Assembly: GCA_963845065.1 (NCBI GenBank)
Contig: CAWJQQ010000009.1
Location: 64,001-128,000 of the forward strand
Direction of reading: 5' to 3'
Length of the DNA stretch: 64,000 nucleotides
DNA from: Nitrospirota bacterium
GTDB taxonomy: Bacteria; Nitrospirota; UBA9217
The position numbers were made by a program, and so were the translations under genes. The notes under the pieces were generated by a model, which was not told the DNA's origin, ran no database searches, and saw nothing but the letters and a program-made list of their open reading frames with translations. This document shows, piece by piece, positions 30,218 to 41,746 of the stretch. Numbering within the stretch: position 1 is the stretch's first letter; the number at the start of each line of letters is the position of its first letter.

Positions 30218-31567
30218 CTACTTGTCTAAGTTTTTTAGTTTTTTTAGGCCTTTTACAATACTACCGCTGATACTTCTCTGCCCTGGTTGGAACACCACTT
30301 CTCCAGCATCCCGCATCTCACTGCCTTTGGCTACGGTGAGTGATGAAGACTTTGCCAACGACAGGATCTGGCTTGGATATACACTCCGGTGGCCGGTCAT
30401 AAGAAAACTGATAACACAGGCTACGGCTGCATAGGGAGCAATCTGCGGTCCAAAAAGCTCAATCGCCATAATGCTTGCTGAAATCGGTGTGTTTGCCGCA
30501 CCAGCAAGCACACTGACCATCCCGATGGCTGAAAATAGAGCCATGTCGAAGCCTAGGACACCGCCGAAAAAGCTGCCTGCCGTCGCGCCGACAAAAAAGA
30601 TTGGCGTAACAATGCCGCCGCTACCGCCGAAACTAAGCGTGATCGCAGTAAATAACGCTTTTATCAGAAATGAACCACCAGAGACCGATTTGCCCTGCAG
30701 CACATCTGTTATCGTATCGAGACCAAGACCAAGATAACGTGAAGAAAACAGCCAGGTAAGAATAATGAGAGCAAAACCGCCGATAAATCCTTTCAGTGGC
30801 TTCCACATCTTAGCCCGATGGCTCAACCTCTCGAAAAGGCCGATCGTTTCGATGAGAATAAGTGAACAGAGGCCGAAAAATAGCCCTGCCAGGCACACTT
30901 TCAGAAAAAAATAGCTACTGAAAGCAGGTACAATGCATACAGCTTCATGAAAGTATGTTATACCTAGTGCGATTGAGACCTGATAACCCACGATGCCCGC
31001 CACAAACGACGGGAGTAGCACGTCATAGAGCATAGTCCCGACGAATAATACTTCAACACCGAAAAGTGCGCCTGCGATAGGCGTACCGAAGACTGTTGCG
31101 AAGCCAGCGCTGATTCCACAGATAACCAGTTTTTTTCTGTCCTGGTCGTTGAAACGTAGAAGCCCTGAAAAGGCCGATGCAATGGCAGCGCCGATTTGGG
31201 CAGCGGGGCCTTCTTTACCTGCTGATCCGCCGAATGCAAGTGTTACAATCGTGGCCACAAGTTTTACCGGCACGACAGCAAGTTTCATCTTACCCGAATG
31301 CCTGTGTACTGCCTCGATAATCTTCTCCGTGCCGTGGCCTTCGGCATCGGGTGCGAAAACTTTCACAATGAGGGCGCTTAGGAACAGGGCTACGGGAAGA
31401 AGAAGAAAATAGTAGTGATGCCGTGCTGTGGCGGAGATGCCTAGATTAAGCAGTTTCAAAAAAACTGTTGTCGAGATACCGACGAAAATGCCGATGCAAG
31501 TTGCCAAGAACAACCACTTCAGGATACTGATAAAAAGAACGGATCCTTCGACAACCTTTTTTCTCAT
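30218..31567 (-). CDS. ClC family chloride channel/antiporter
   Basis: GHGTE, GKEGP, FGTPIAGALF, GGIVTP and ANTPI motifs. Confidence 0.92.
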   Translation of the reverse strand: MRKKVVEGSVLFISILKWLFLATCIGIFVGISTTVFLKLLNLGISATARHHYYFLLLPVALFLSALIVKVFAPDAEGHGTEKIIEAVHRHSGKMKLAVVPVKLVATIVTLAFGGSAGKEGPAAQIGAAIASAFSGLLRFNDQDRKKLVICGISAGFATVFGTPIAGALFGVEVLFVGTMLYDVLLPSFVAGIVGYQVSIALGITYFHEAVCIVPAFSSYFFLKVCLAGLFFGLCSLILIETIGLFERLSHRAKMWKPLKGFIGGFALIILTWLFSSRYLGLGLDTITDVLQGKSVSGGSFLIKALFTAITLSFGGSGGIVTPIFFVGATAGSFFGGVLGFDMALFSAIGMVSVLAGAANTPISASIMAIELFGPQIAPYAAVACVISFLMTGHRSVYPSQILSLAKSSSLTVAKGSEMRDAGEVVFQPGQRSISGSIVKGLKKLKNLDK

Positions 31568-31760
31568 GATAGTTTTTTCACTTTCTCGCTCGGAATAACT
31601 CGTCTGTGGGAAGATATCGTAAACGGTTCAATTACGTGCTTGCTCGCCTTTATTCTTTTGATGTGTATAAAGCTTAAAAAAAGAAGGGGTGTCGGAGGAA
31701 TAAAAACCTCTGACACCCCATAAATTGATGCAGTGTTGCATCTAACTATAGGGGAGAAAT

Positions 31761-32122
31761 TCATGCAGCTCTTCCGGTTTTCCTTTTCGATGACTTTCGA
31801 AACTTCTTTTCGAGTAAAAAGATCTCTGCCTCATATCGCTTGAGTTGAGTCGTAATGTCTTTGACCTTGGCATCCTCAGAGGGATTTTCCCAGCCTTCTG
31901 CCGTTACCAGTGAGAATACCCTCGCACCGAGGTCGGACAAACCATTGTGCATTTTTGTCTTGAGCGCGATCAGTTTATAGTGACGCATCCCTTCTTCTGA
32001 CAACTCTCCCACTCTTTCCTGGCGACCATGGCGCCTTTCTTGAGAGCCACAATGCCTTCTCGAAAAACTGTTTGCAAATCTGCCTTCAATTCTGTCCATT
32101 TCATTCTACTAAGGTTGCTCAT
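31761..32122 (-). pseudogene. Coiled-coil hypothetical protein with a single frameshift
   Basis: MSNLSRMKWTELKADLQTVFREGIVALKKGAMVARK continues in another frame near 32015 as VGELSEEGMRHYKLIALKTK. Confidence 0.55.
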
Positions 32123-32472
32123 CACATCCTATCCTGTTCGCAGACCCATTTGCACGGCAACTACACCCTAGATTGTACGTCCGTCAATAGGCTCGAAATG
32201 TTGGCAGGTCGCAGTGGAACGATCTTGTACATTTCCACTCAATGTACCTTCATGTTATCACCACTATCAGGTGAAGATGCTCCCGATTTCCCAATCGCCT
32301 TGGGCTTTTTTACCCAGCGACATCCGACAATCAGCAGAGTGATAGCGAGAACGATATATTCCGGGGTAAATATGTTCATTGCCATCTCCACAACTTTTAT
32401 TGAGGAGTTAAGCTGATGGTGGTCCCCAACGATTAGAACGTCGGCCCGTCTACGCTGGTGCCGCATGACAGT

Positions 32473-33036
32473 TTATTCGCCAATAACGACGAAGTCATCG
32501 CGCCGATTTTTTTGCCAACAGGCTTCATCATGCTCGTTGCAAATCGGTTTTTCCTTGCCATAGCTTATAAGGGAGATCCGGTGCCCCGAAACACCTAGTT
32601 CAGTCAGATACTTCTTTGCGCTCGTTGCACGACGTTGACCAAGCGCCTGATTGTACTCAACGGTGCCGCGTTCGTCACAATTCCCCTCGATCGTAACTTT
32701 TACCTTTGGGTTTGCTTTGAGCCATTGCACATTCGACTTCATGACAGCCCTTGCGTCATCACGGATAAAGGACTTGTTGTAATCAAAATATATGGGCTTG
32801 GGTCCTTCTGCCATCGCCCCGGCCTTTTCATTAGATCCTTCCGATTTCACCTCTGACGTCGCTTCTGCCGTCTTGGCTTCTGTCGTCGGAGCCTGTGTAG
32901 TCATCGATGTTGATTTTTCTGCATTCGTTTGTGATTCCGGTGCCGTTGAAACTTCTGCCTTTTTTGGACAGCCCCACAAAGTAACAATGCCGACAAACAA
33001 TACAAATGTTAGTGTTATCAAACTTTTATGATTCAT
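32473..33036 (-). CDS. pal: Peptidoglycan-associated lipoprotein (OmpA-like C domain)
   Basis: LWGC lipobox; IYFDYNKS, IEGNCDERGTVEYNQALGQRRA, ISYGKEKP, NRR. Confidence 0.93.
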   Translation of the reverse strand: MNHKSLITLTFVLFVGIVTLWGCPKKAEVSTAPESQTNAEKSTSMTTQAPTTEAKTAEATSEVKSEGSNEKAGAMAEGPKPIYFDYNKSFIRDDARAVMKSNVQWLKANPKVKVTIEGNCDERGTVEYNQALGQRRATSAKKYLTELGVSGHRISLISYGKEKPICNEHDEACWQKNRRDDFVVIGE

Positions 33037-33448
33037 ATCGTTGTTCCTCCTCGTTTTATTGTAGTCGTCTAGCTCAGCCTTTTTTGCACCAGTAATGAAA
33101 CACGTAATAAAGTATTCTTTGCTATAATGCCCCGCGAGCGTATTAATAAAATCTGCTCTATTTTTACCCCGTCATTGTCATTTTTTTTGCTCCTTTCATG
33201 TATTTTCATATATTGTGAAGCTCCAGCTTAGGCTTAGGGCTTCTTCAATGGTACATGCAACAACTCTGCATGAACTAGGAAGGTTCCCGGTTCATCACCG
33301 GACAGAAGGTCAGATGATTTTGCAGCTTAATAAATGTATGACACTCGACTTACTGTACTTTTTGGTATAATAAGTAACTTTGCGATAGCCACTTCAAAGT
33401 TTAGGAAATTCTGCCGGGTATGCATCTGTAACCCGGTTTAAGATACTT

Positions 33449-33920
33449 CTATTCACCCAAAACGATGAAATCAGCGCGGCGGTTTTGTCGCAAGCAAGTT
33501 TCCTCATGTTCGCTGCAAATCAGTTTTCCTTTCCATTGCTAATGAACGAAATCCTTTTCCTCGAAATGCCAATACTTGTCATATATTTTATTGCGTTCGA
33601 TGCACGTCGCTTGCTGAGCGCCTTATTATGCTCCCGATCATCGCAATTCCCCTCGATACGAATTGTTGTTTTTGGATTTGCCTAAAGCCACTCAGCATTA
33701 GCTTTGATGGTGGCTTTGGCGTCACGGCGGATAACTGATTTGCCGAAATCAAAATGAATAGGCTTGAGGGCTTCTGCACTCTTGTCCGAAGTTTTTCCAT
33801 TTTCTTGCTGTATTTGTGCTTCTGGCACTGTTGTCAATTCAGCTTTTTTGGGACACCCCACACGGTAGCGCAAACGATCGGTAGAATAACTAACAAATAT
33901 AACAAATGCTTACGACCCAT
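33449..33920 (-). pseudogene. pal: Second, decayed pal copy
   Basis: GCPKKAE..IHFDFGKS..NAEWL*ANPK..IEGNCDDR..NRRADFIVLGE; one in-frame TAG, two frameshifts and a deletion. Confidence 0.88.
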
Positions 33921-34306
33921 ATTGGAATCTCTCGTCGTTGTTCTTCCACATTTTTTGTCATTTAGCACCGTTTAACGGTTAAGACAAATCAATCGCAAGT
34001 ACTGATTGTCATGGCGGTAATGGCATAAGGGCGTTTTTCACCAGGCCAGGGCATACAATCTTAATTTTCTTAATATATAGATTCAGCTTTTTACTATCAT
34101 TTTTTGCCCATTTCATGTATTTGCTTTATAATAAATAAATGGAGTTCTAATTATTGACTTTTTGAAACCCTAAACCAATATTTAGTTTAATCGGAATATT
34201 ACTTTTTCATTGCATTCCATATTGTATGTGCTAAAATAGTTTGGATACAAACGTTATTAGCATTTTTTTTCTGCTTTGTCAAGTCAATTGTGAGGAGGTT
34301 CTATCC

Positions 34307-34858
34307 TTGAGCAAGAGATCAGCTAAAGTCGCGGAAATTATCGATAATCTACGAAGGGTATTTCAAGTAGTTAATGAGCAGTCGAAGAAGGCCGAGCATG
34401 AGACTGGCCTTACCGGCCCCCAACTTTGGGCAATCAAAACCATAGCTCAGGAAGCGCCAATCATGGTTTCAGAGATTGCCAGGCGCATGTATCTTCACCC
34501 CACTACCGTGGTCGGTATTCTCGACCGCCTAGAAAAGCGGGGGTTTGTTGTAAGAATCCGCTCGACAGAGGATCGACGCGTGGTCAGGGTGGAATTAACC
34601 GAAAAGGGCCACGCATTGGTCAGGAAATCTCCAGAAGTGGCCCAGGGTCTCCTGGTATCCGGTCTTGAATCTTTGAACTCAAACAAGTTGGAAAATATCG
34701 CACGGGCACTCGACCAGATGGCAGAACTCCTTGGAGCGCAAAATATCCCTCCACAACTTATTTTATCTCCGGAGGTAAACAAGCCAGTTAAGACAATTGG
34801 TCGAATTGTGCAGGGGAAATATGTCGTAAGGCGGCGCTCAGCTAGAATAAAATCATGA
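34307..34858 (+). CDS. MarR family transcriptional regulator
   Basis: GAGGAGG RBS before TTG; GLTGPQLW, VVGILDRLEKRG, DRRVVRVELT. Confidence 0.9.
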   Translation: MSKRSAKVAEIIDNLRRVFQVVNEQSKKAEHETGLTGPQLWAIKTIAQEAPIMVSEIARRMYLHPTTVVGILDRLEKRGFVVRIRSTEDRRVVRVELTEKGHALVRKSPEVAQGLLVSGLESLNSNKLENIARALDQMAELLGAQNIPPQLILSPEVNKPVKTIGRIVQGKYVVRRRSARIKS

Positions 34859-35149
34859 TGGAAAGAGATAAAGAGAAAATAGTGTCGATCAAATGACCGC
34901 TCCTGTTTACACTGCTTGCCTCTTCCTTCGCGCTCGGCGTATTCTTGGGTGCCGGAATGGGCGTGTTCAACTCACCTACGGCAAGTAGAGGTGAAGCTGT
35001 AATCCTGAAACCACTACGGTTCCAGGAGGAATGGTCATAGGCAAAAACCTTAATCGCTGGAACGAGGAAGATATCGACTATCACTATTTTCTGCTGTTTG
35101 GTTCCCGAAGTAACAGGGTCGTATCGGTCAGCTGGAAGGCAAACAAATC

Positions 35150-35563
35150 TCAGTCAAAACCGATGTCATCGAGCATGGCCGTACCCGCGCTTCCGCCATT
35201 AAAGAGAAAATCAATTTTCTTCAAGTTTGTCAAATCAAGCTTTTGTTGGCGTTCAGAAAAAAGTGACAGAGGAATTGACACAGTTCGTAATACTATTACT
35301 GGTGATGGTTGTTCAAGTAAACTGAGTCTTGTAAGAGTGACGTGGAGAAGCCGTTGAAGCGTAATAACACTGTTCAAAGGTAATCGCGATACTCTTCCCT
35401 GCACATCAGTAAGTTGAATGCTTATATCCGGCATTACCCGCTGATCGGGACAATAAATCGAAAACGTGAACCTGTTCTTCGGTTTTATCTTCATGGTCCC
35501 TGTTCCCATTCCCGGTACCCTGAACCCGAGCATCGGAGTCTCTCTTTTGCCGGAAACGGGCAC
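35150..35563 (-). pseudogene. Probable C-terminal fragment of a larger (hydrolase-associated) protein
   Basis: PDISIQLTDVQGRVSRLPL...TVSIPLSLF...LDDIGF beta-sandwich-like; no convincing start. Confidence 0.4.
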
Positions 35564-35683
35564 AGCGGTTTGAAGCTGGCGAAAGATTGATCATCGAGAC
35601 CGTTTAATAATTTATTTTTGCTTATTTTTTCTGTATACAAGGTTGGTTAAGTGACAATTTTGAGATTTATAAAGGAGGCTATC

Positions 35684-36166
35684 ATGAAAAGACTTGTAAT
35701 AATGATGGAGTTCAGGTTATTGGCAATATCCTTGTTTGTTGCCACCGTGATCCTTGCTGCGTGTCAAAGCGGTCCGCCACAGGTCAGCATTGATGGGGCT
35801 AAAGCTGAATTATCTTCCAGCATCGTGGGTGAAGCTATGGTTACCATGAATATCAAGAACCAAGGTGGAACTGATGTTATCACGGGAATAAAAACTGACA
35901 TACCAGGAGCGAAAGTTTCTTTCCATATTATGCAGGGTGAGCGTATGGTGAATGTGGACACCGTAGAAATCCACGCGAAAAGCAATCTGGAATTTAAGAT
36001 GGGTGGAAGCCACATCATGATTGAGGATATGCCAAAGACAATGCAGGCAGGTTCAAAAATCAATATAACTCTGGTATTTCAGAAATCGGGAGAGAAGCAG
36101 CTATCACTGATGCTCCAAGGAGCTAGTGATATGCATATGAATCATGAGCGCCACATGAACATGTAA
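35684..36166 (+). CDS. PCu(A)C family copper chaperone lipoprotein
   Basis: AAGGAGG RBS, LAAC lipobox, H..M...M and GGSHIM motifs, His/Met-rich tail. Confidence 0.85.
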   Translation: MKRLVIMMEFRLLAISLFVATVILAACQSGPPQVSIDGAKAELSSSIVGEAMVTMNIKNQGGTDVITGIKTDIPGAKVSFHIMQGERMVNVDTVEIHAKSNLEFKMGGSHIMIEDMPKTMQAGSKINITLVFQKSGEKQLSLMLQGASDMHMNHERHMNM

Positions 36167-36448
36167 TGAAATGGTAACCGACCAGTTCTTTAAGATAGTT
36201 TTAAACTCGGAGAAAGAGAAGATGAAGATTATTTTAATGGCATTCCTCTTCTTTCTGCTTCCGTTGGGTACAACGATATCGATAGCTCATGTAAGGGATA
36301 TAATACTGGTAAATCAATAAGGGTTGATAATTGAAGTGGTGCCAAGATCGAAAGCTACAACAACTTTTAGCATCTATGTTGCCTTTTCACCGATATCGAC
36401 CTGAAGTAGCAGCTCAAGGATAAGCTGATAGCACACATCCGGACAAGC

Positions 36449-38302
36449 ATGGCCAGGACATACCAGAAATCAAAGATGGGAAATAAAACAGCCCAAATGA
36501 ATGTACAAGAGCTTAAGCAGTACGGAACTCTTTTCCGTCTAGCCCAAAGAACTTTAGTGAAACAACTACCGATTTTGGGGTGGGGTTTTTGGCTCTCAGC
36601 GCCCCTGGTTTTAATGGTGCTACTTTGCGGCTCTGGATGCGGATCAGCGAACGCTGTTGAGACTCAGCTTACTACTTCCAGCACTGCAAGTTCGAGTGTG
36701 CTGGAGCTTAGCTCCGAAGGGCAAGCTTGGCTAGGCGCTACCATCAGCCGTGGCAATTTCCCAGACTTGCGTTGGCCTGATTTCAGCGATTACAGTAAGT
36801 ACGTAAATGAATTCTACGAGTTCAATGTTAATTCATTGTGGTGGGTAAAGGGAATGGAGCCGACCACACAGGCGCGGCAGGTGATCGCGCTGTTGCTTAA
36901 GGCCGACGAAAAGGGGCTCTCCGCGGAAGACTACGACGGATCTCGGTGGAACGATAGGCTGGCAAAACTAAAACCTGTTACGCAGCAGCCGACCGAGGGG
37001 GATGCTGTGAAATTCGATCTCGCCCTCACGGTGTGCGCGATGAGGTATATCTCCGACCTCCATATTGGCAAGGTAAATCCAAAGCATTTCGCCTTCGCTT
37101 ACGATGATGAGTCTAAGAAATATGATATGGCGAAATTTCTAAAAGACCACATTGTCGATGAGAGTGACATTGCTGGCGTCCTGGCTCAAGTGGAGCCGCC
37201 CTATCCCGGTTACTGGCGCACGATTCAAGCCCTGCAAACGTATCTCGAACTTGCGAGAAAAGATAACGAGGAGCAGTTCCCGCTCGTGAAAAAAACGATT
37301 GTGCCTGGCGATTCCTATCCTGGCGTCGCACGGCTCACGCGACTTCTCCGGCTGGTTGGCGACCTTCCAGCTGATGTCAATGTTCCGGCTGATCAAACCA
37401 CTTACACGGGTGCCCTGGTGGACGCTGTAAAGAGTTTTCAACGCCGCCATGGCCGAGATCCAAACGGTCGAATTAATAATCAAACTCTGGCTGACTTGAA
37501 TGTTCCTCTGAGCCGTCGCGTTCGACAAATGCAACTGACCCTTGAGCGATGGCGGTGGTTGCCAGATGCGTATCAAAAAGAACCCATCGTGGTCAATATC
37601 CCCGAGTTTCGCCTCCGTGCTTATGACAAAGATAACAATATAGGTGTGATGATGAACGTCGTGGTTGGCAAAGCGTACGACCATGAGACCCCGGTATTTA
37701 GTGACACTATGGAGTACATCGTTTTCCGCCCCTACTGGGAGGTGCCATATTCCATTATCAGAGATGAAATGATTCCGCACATTGATCGCGATCCCAGCTA
37801 CTTGGCGAAGAATGGATTCGAGATTGTGGACGGAAGGCAAAACGTCGTATCGATGGGGACGGTTACGAACGAATTGCTCGGACAACTCCTGGCCGAGAAG
37901 CTTTTCATCCGGCAAAAGCCGGGCCCAAAGAACGCCCTTGGACTTGTGAAATTTGTTTTTCCAAACAGCTACAGCGTATACATGCATGACACTCCGACCA
38001 CAATACTCTTCGCGAAGTCCCGGCGGGATTTCAGCCACGGCTGTATCCGTGTGGAGAAGCCCGCTGATCTCGCTGCGTGGGTCCTGCGCGACAATCCCGG
38101 CTGGACACCTGAACGTATTCGCGGGGCTATGAATGGCCAAGCGACCAAGCAGGTGAATCTCGCGCACCCGCTTCCGGTCTTGATCGTCTATGCTACTGTC
38201 ATCGTACAGAAGGATGGGGTGGTCCACTTCTACGATGATATCTACGGTCACGACGCAGCCCTGGAGAAGAGCCTTGCGAATGGCTACCCGTATCCCTGGT
38301 GA
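36449..38302 (+). CDS. YcbB/LdtD-type L,D-transpeptidase
   Basis: Scaffold domain, PG-binding FQRRHG, LERWRW, VNIPEF, NALGLVKF, YMHDTP, FSHGCIRV; exact start uncertain. Confidence 0.92.
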   Translation: MARTYQKSKMGNKTAQMNVQELKQYGTLFRLAQRTLVKQLPILGWGFWLSAPLVLMVLLCGSGCGSANAVETQLTTSSTASSSVLELSSEGQAWLGATISRGNFPDLRWPDFSDYSKYVNEFYEFNVNSLWWVKGMEPTTQARQVIALLLKADEKGLSAEDYDGSRWNDRLAKLKPVTQQPTEGDAVKFDLALTVCAMRYISDLHIGKVNPKHFAFAYDDESKKYDMAKFLKDHIVDESDIAGVLAQVEPPYPGYWRTIQALQTYLELARKDNEEQFPLVKKTIVPGDSYPGVARLTRLLRLVGDLPADVNVPADQTTYTGALVDAVKSFQRRHGRDPNGRINNQTLADLNVPLSRRVRQMQLTLERWRWLPDAYQKEPIVVNIPEFRLRAYDKDNNIGVMMNVVVGKAYDHETPVFSDTMEYIVFRPYWEVPYSIIRDEMIPHIDRDPSYLAKNGFEIVDGRQNVVSMGTVTNELLGQLLAEKLFIRQKPGPKNALGLVKFVFPNSYSVYMHDTPTTILFAKSRRDFSHGCIRVEKPADLAAWVLRDNPGWTPERIRGAMNGQATKQVNLAHPLPVLIVYATVIVQKDGVVHFYDDIYGHDAALEKSLANGYPYPW

Positions 38303-38375
38303 GAGCTTCTTCGATGGAGAATTTTAGGTGGATGCCCAGTAATAACTCGACTCAGCAGTTAATAGAGATGAAATA

Positions 38376-39619
38376 ATGCTAAAGAGAATTTTGCTGTTTG
38401 CGCCCGCGGCTTTCAATCTCGCGGAGACCACGCGAATGATCGAAATCGCCAAGGGAATCGTTGCCCACGATACCGCAAACAAGATATTTGAAATTCAATT
38501 CATTTCTGATGGCGGCGACTTTGAGCATTTGATAGAAGCAGAGGGGTTTACTCTTCAGAAGATGGAACCCAGACTCACTGCAGAAAAGATTGAACACATA
38601 GCACGCGTGGATAGAGGGGAGCGATTTGCGCCAGCTTTCTCCAAAGGAGAGATGGTCCAGCGAATCGAAAACGAGATCGCATACCTAAAGTCATTAAGAC
38701 CCTCGGTTGTACTGACCGGTTCTTATCTAACTATTCCTGTGACTTGCCGCATACTGAACATCCCGCTCGTATGGGTAATTCAGTCAACGTGGATGGAGCC
38801 GTTCTTTTCCACGGGAGCAGGGATGACCGATGGCATAAAGCCCAAGATTCTGAAACGCCTCGCTGACCTATTAGTCCTTGCATTCATTAATTACTGGATA
38901 CGATACGGTTTTCTAGGCCCTGTAAATACGGCGGCCAAGCATTTTGGTGTCCAAGGGTATGCATCCATTTTTTTAACTTCTGGCATGGAGATGTCACATT
39001 CGTTGCGGAACCCGCAGAATTCTCAGGAACGACACTTCCGCCCGGTTACTTTTATATCGGTCCTCTGATCGCGAGAAAGAATTTTCCTATACCGGATGTA
39101 GTCAAGTTTGTTCCACGGGATAAACCTCTGATCTATTTTGCAATGGGAAGTTCCGGGACCCCGGAGATCGTTGCAAAGATCCTCGAAAGCTTTGAAGGAA
39201 AACCGTATCGCGTGATTGCCCCGATCAAATTTCAACTGGATCGGTTTGAGGGAGTGAAAATTCCAACCAATGTCATTGTGACGGAATGGCTGCCTGCTCT
39301 CGAGGTAAATAAGATGGCAGACCTTTCTCTAATTCATGGGGGTATTGGAACCGTAATGACAGCCGCCTATGCTGGGAAGCCCGTGGTCGGCGTTGGTATG
39401 CAGCTTGAGCAGGTTGCAAATCTTGCGTGCCTTGTGCGAAAGGGGTTTGCGATTAGAGTACCAAAATCAAAAAATCCCTCTAAGAAGGTGCAGGAGGCCA
39501 TTCGGCTTCTTCTGCAAGACAAAGACGCAAAGAGTAAAGCTGAGGCATTTACCAAAGTCATGGAAAGATGGAACGGCCCAAAGACGGCAGCAGACCTCAT
39601 ACTGAAAAAGTTCGGGTGA
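38376..39619 (+). pseudogene. GT1/UDP-glycosyltransferase-like gene split by a frameshift
   Basis: The two ORFs join across a T homopolymer near 38968-38974; C-half has FAMGSSG, EWLPA, HGGIGT, EQ. Confidence 0.85.
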
Positions 39620-40102
39620 GGATGTTGTATGGCAAGCGAAACAGGCAGACATGCGATTTTGCGAGAGGTCCTCTTGTGAAAGGCTGAACCACAGGCTCTC
39701 AGGAATAAAGAGATGTATCCGTATCAAAGTGGTGGACGGTAGCGGCGACAGAGTTGTTTGGATCGCACTCGTTTGGCGTCCTACGTTATCAATAAAACGA
39801 TGGGGTAATATTATATGGGAATGCGATGCAAGATTCGAGTCCAAAGTTTATGAGTTGCAAAGAACGGCGACGACAAGAACTACAGGATGTTGCTGTTGAC
39901 AGAAGGCATTATCACAACATGCAATGATACAAATAATATTTCTCACCTCGATCAAAATTGGGATCTCTGTGAGGTTCTACAAGTCTGAATTACCAAAATT
40001 GTGATAAGGGGAATAAAACTGGATATATTCTTGACTGAAAACTTCACTCGGCATTCTTATAACTCACAATAATCCCGCGCGATACGACGAGTTCCCGATC
40101 AA

Positions 40103-41146
40103 TCATTCTGTGAACTCATGTGTTAGAAATCCCCGATATGGTGTCGGGGCATCTGCAAGCTTAGACCAGAAGCCTTCATCATTTGCGAGGCCAGAGGCAT
40201 GATCGATTGCCGCAGTGATATCTCCCTTTAAACACTTACGAGTGCTCAAGCTTGAAATCGGATTCGTCGGTGTCAGGAAAACAATGCGCCGCGGAACATG
40301 ATTATTTTTTTGATCACCTAAGAGTGCTTTTTGCACGTTGTTGAGAATTTTTTTCAGTTTTTTATCTCCACGATTATTAAGTGGCTGGACATTACTGAAA
40401 GCTGAGCAAGGATTGTTTTCAACCAATTTGTATCCGCGATAAATCCCCTGTCTGATAGCACGAATTTCCAAAAGGTCGTTACCAAATTCAACCCTTAAGA
40501 TTAAGCGAAGATACCATGGCAGACGTCCAGTATCCGCATACGTGTTGCGGCATAGGCGACTATTTGACAGAATGAAAATTGTGTCGCACTTGGCTTTGAT
40601 CGCTTCTCCTAGAACGAATGTTCCGCCATCCGAATGCCATTCCCCGTTAATCATTACCGGCGGCAAGAATCCTTGTAAACCGATAGCGGCAAGCATCACC
40701 TGTTTCAGTAAATTTGGATTTTGACGTAAGTTTGGATCATGATTAGAAAAAATCTGGTGCCTTAACTTATTTTCGTTGTAGGTTACAATTTGAAATTCAA
40801 TCGGCGACGCAACAATCGCTTCCATATCGAGCTTCTCTACCAAATATTTAGATACACCATCATTAGAAAAAAGATTCGGCCCTTTGAAATTTTTAAAAAA
40901 CCCCATTAAACTGTGCCCGAAGATCTTTTTTGCTCCGAGTTGCTCAGTTTCCTTCCATTTTTTTTCTAAGGCTTCAACATCCCAATTGCTACCGATGAGA
41001 TCGCCACCAGAGAACACCCCGACTGAAACGCTTTGGACAAAGACCGGTTTAATTCCCTTAGCCTCCAATGCTTTGATAAAGCCAACGCCGTAAGCCCCAG
41101 TGAAACCTCCCCCGTTTAAAATTATGCCGACTTTACCAAGATCCAT
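40103..41146 (-). CDS. Patatin-like phospholipase
   Basis: LNGGGFTGAY, SVSVG (variant GxSxG) and SDGG motifs; AT-rich. Confidence 0.8.
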   Translation of the reverse strand: MDLGKVGIILNGGGFTGAYGVGFIKALEAKGIKPVFVQSVSVGVFSGGDLIGSNWDVEALEKKWKETEQLGAKKIFGHSLMGFFKNFKGPNLFSNDGVSKYLVEKLDMEAIVASPIEFQIVTYNENKLRHQIFSNHDPNLRQNPNLLKQVMLAAIGLQGFLPPVMINGEWHSDGGTFVLGEAIKAKCDTIFILSNSRLCRNTYADTGRLPWYLRLILRVEFGNDLLEIRAIRQGIYRGYKLVENNPCSAFSNVQPLNNRGDKKLKKILNNVQKALLGDQKNNHVPRRIVFLTPTNPISSLSTRKCLKGDITAAIDHASGLANDEGFWSKLADAPTPYRGFLTHEFTE

Positions 41147-41746
41147 AATCGCAACTTCCTTTGTTCCCAGAATGCTCATTCTGAGAAATCATGTTTAAAT
41201 TCATTGATATTTGTATAATTTTATGTTTATCGGATATATATCCCAATTATTTTATTATTTCACATTATTTATTGCTGCAATTTAAATGCCACCACGCTGC
41301 ATTCTTAACTTCTTGTTTTTATTTAAAGTCGCTGTACACGTTACAAAAAAAAACGAAAAAAAATTCTCATATGGGTAATTTAAGTAACATTGTGAATATT
41401 CACAAATCATATAATTAAAATTGACCACTAATGGCTGCAACAGCGAGTCTACACGTCATTTAAATAATGTCGATCTCGGCCCCACCTTGGGTTTTGGCAT
41501 AGACACTTAGGATAGCGAGGCTACAACAAGTGTTGCACTTTGCTATAAATCCGGTGTCGGTTAAAAAGTGATATATTTATAATAATTGTCGTCAGCCATA
41601 ACTGGTCAACCATCCCAAGCAGTCAGCATGCCAGATGGGTACAATCTTCGACCATGATACGGAGAGATAAGGAGCATGCGCCAAATTAAAGATGAGATCT
41701 GGACTCGGCTGTTGCCTGATACAGAGCGTCTGATAGACACATCGAC

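Noticed and set aside
30218..31567. Fluoride-specific CLC-F exporter with fluoride riboswitch
   Set aside because: The motifs are GHGTE/GKEGP/GIVTP rather than GNNLI/GREGT/GEVTP, and no riboswitch was recognised upstream
34855..35040. ORF after marR with an in-frame TGA as another selenoprotein
   Set aside because: The TGA precedes a hydrophobic helix where Trp is more plausible, there is no Cys-type context or SECIS hairpin, and the frame ends soon after
37139..38251. 370 aa antisense ORF, and similar long shadow ORFs (2097-2732, 62564-63262, 19796-20173, 20477-20902)
   Set aside because: They lie opposite well-supported genes and have no recognisable motifs
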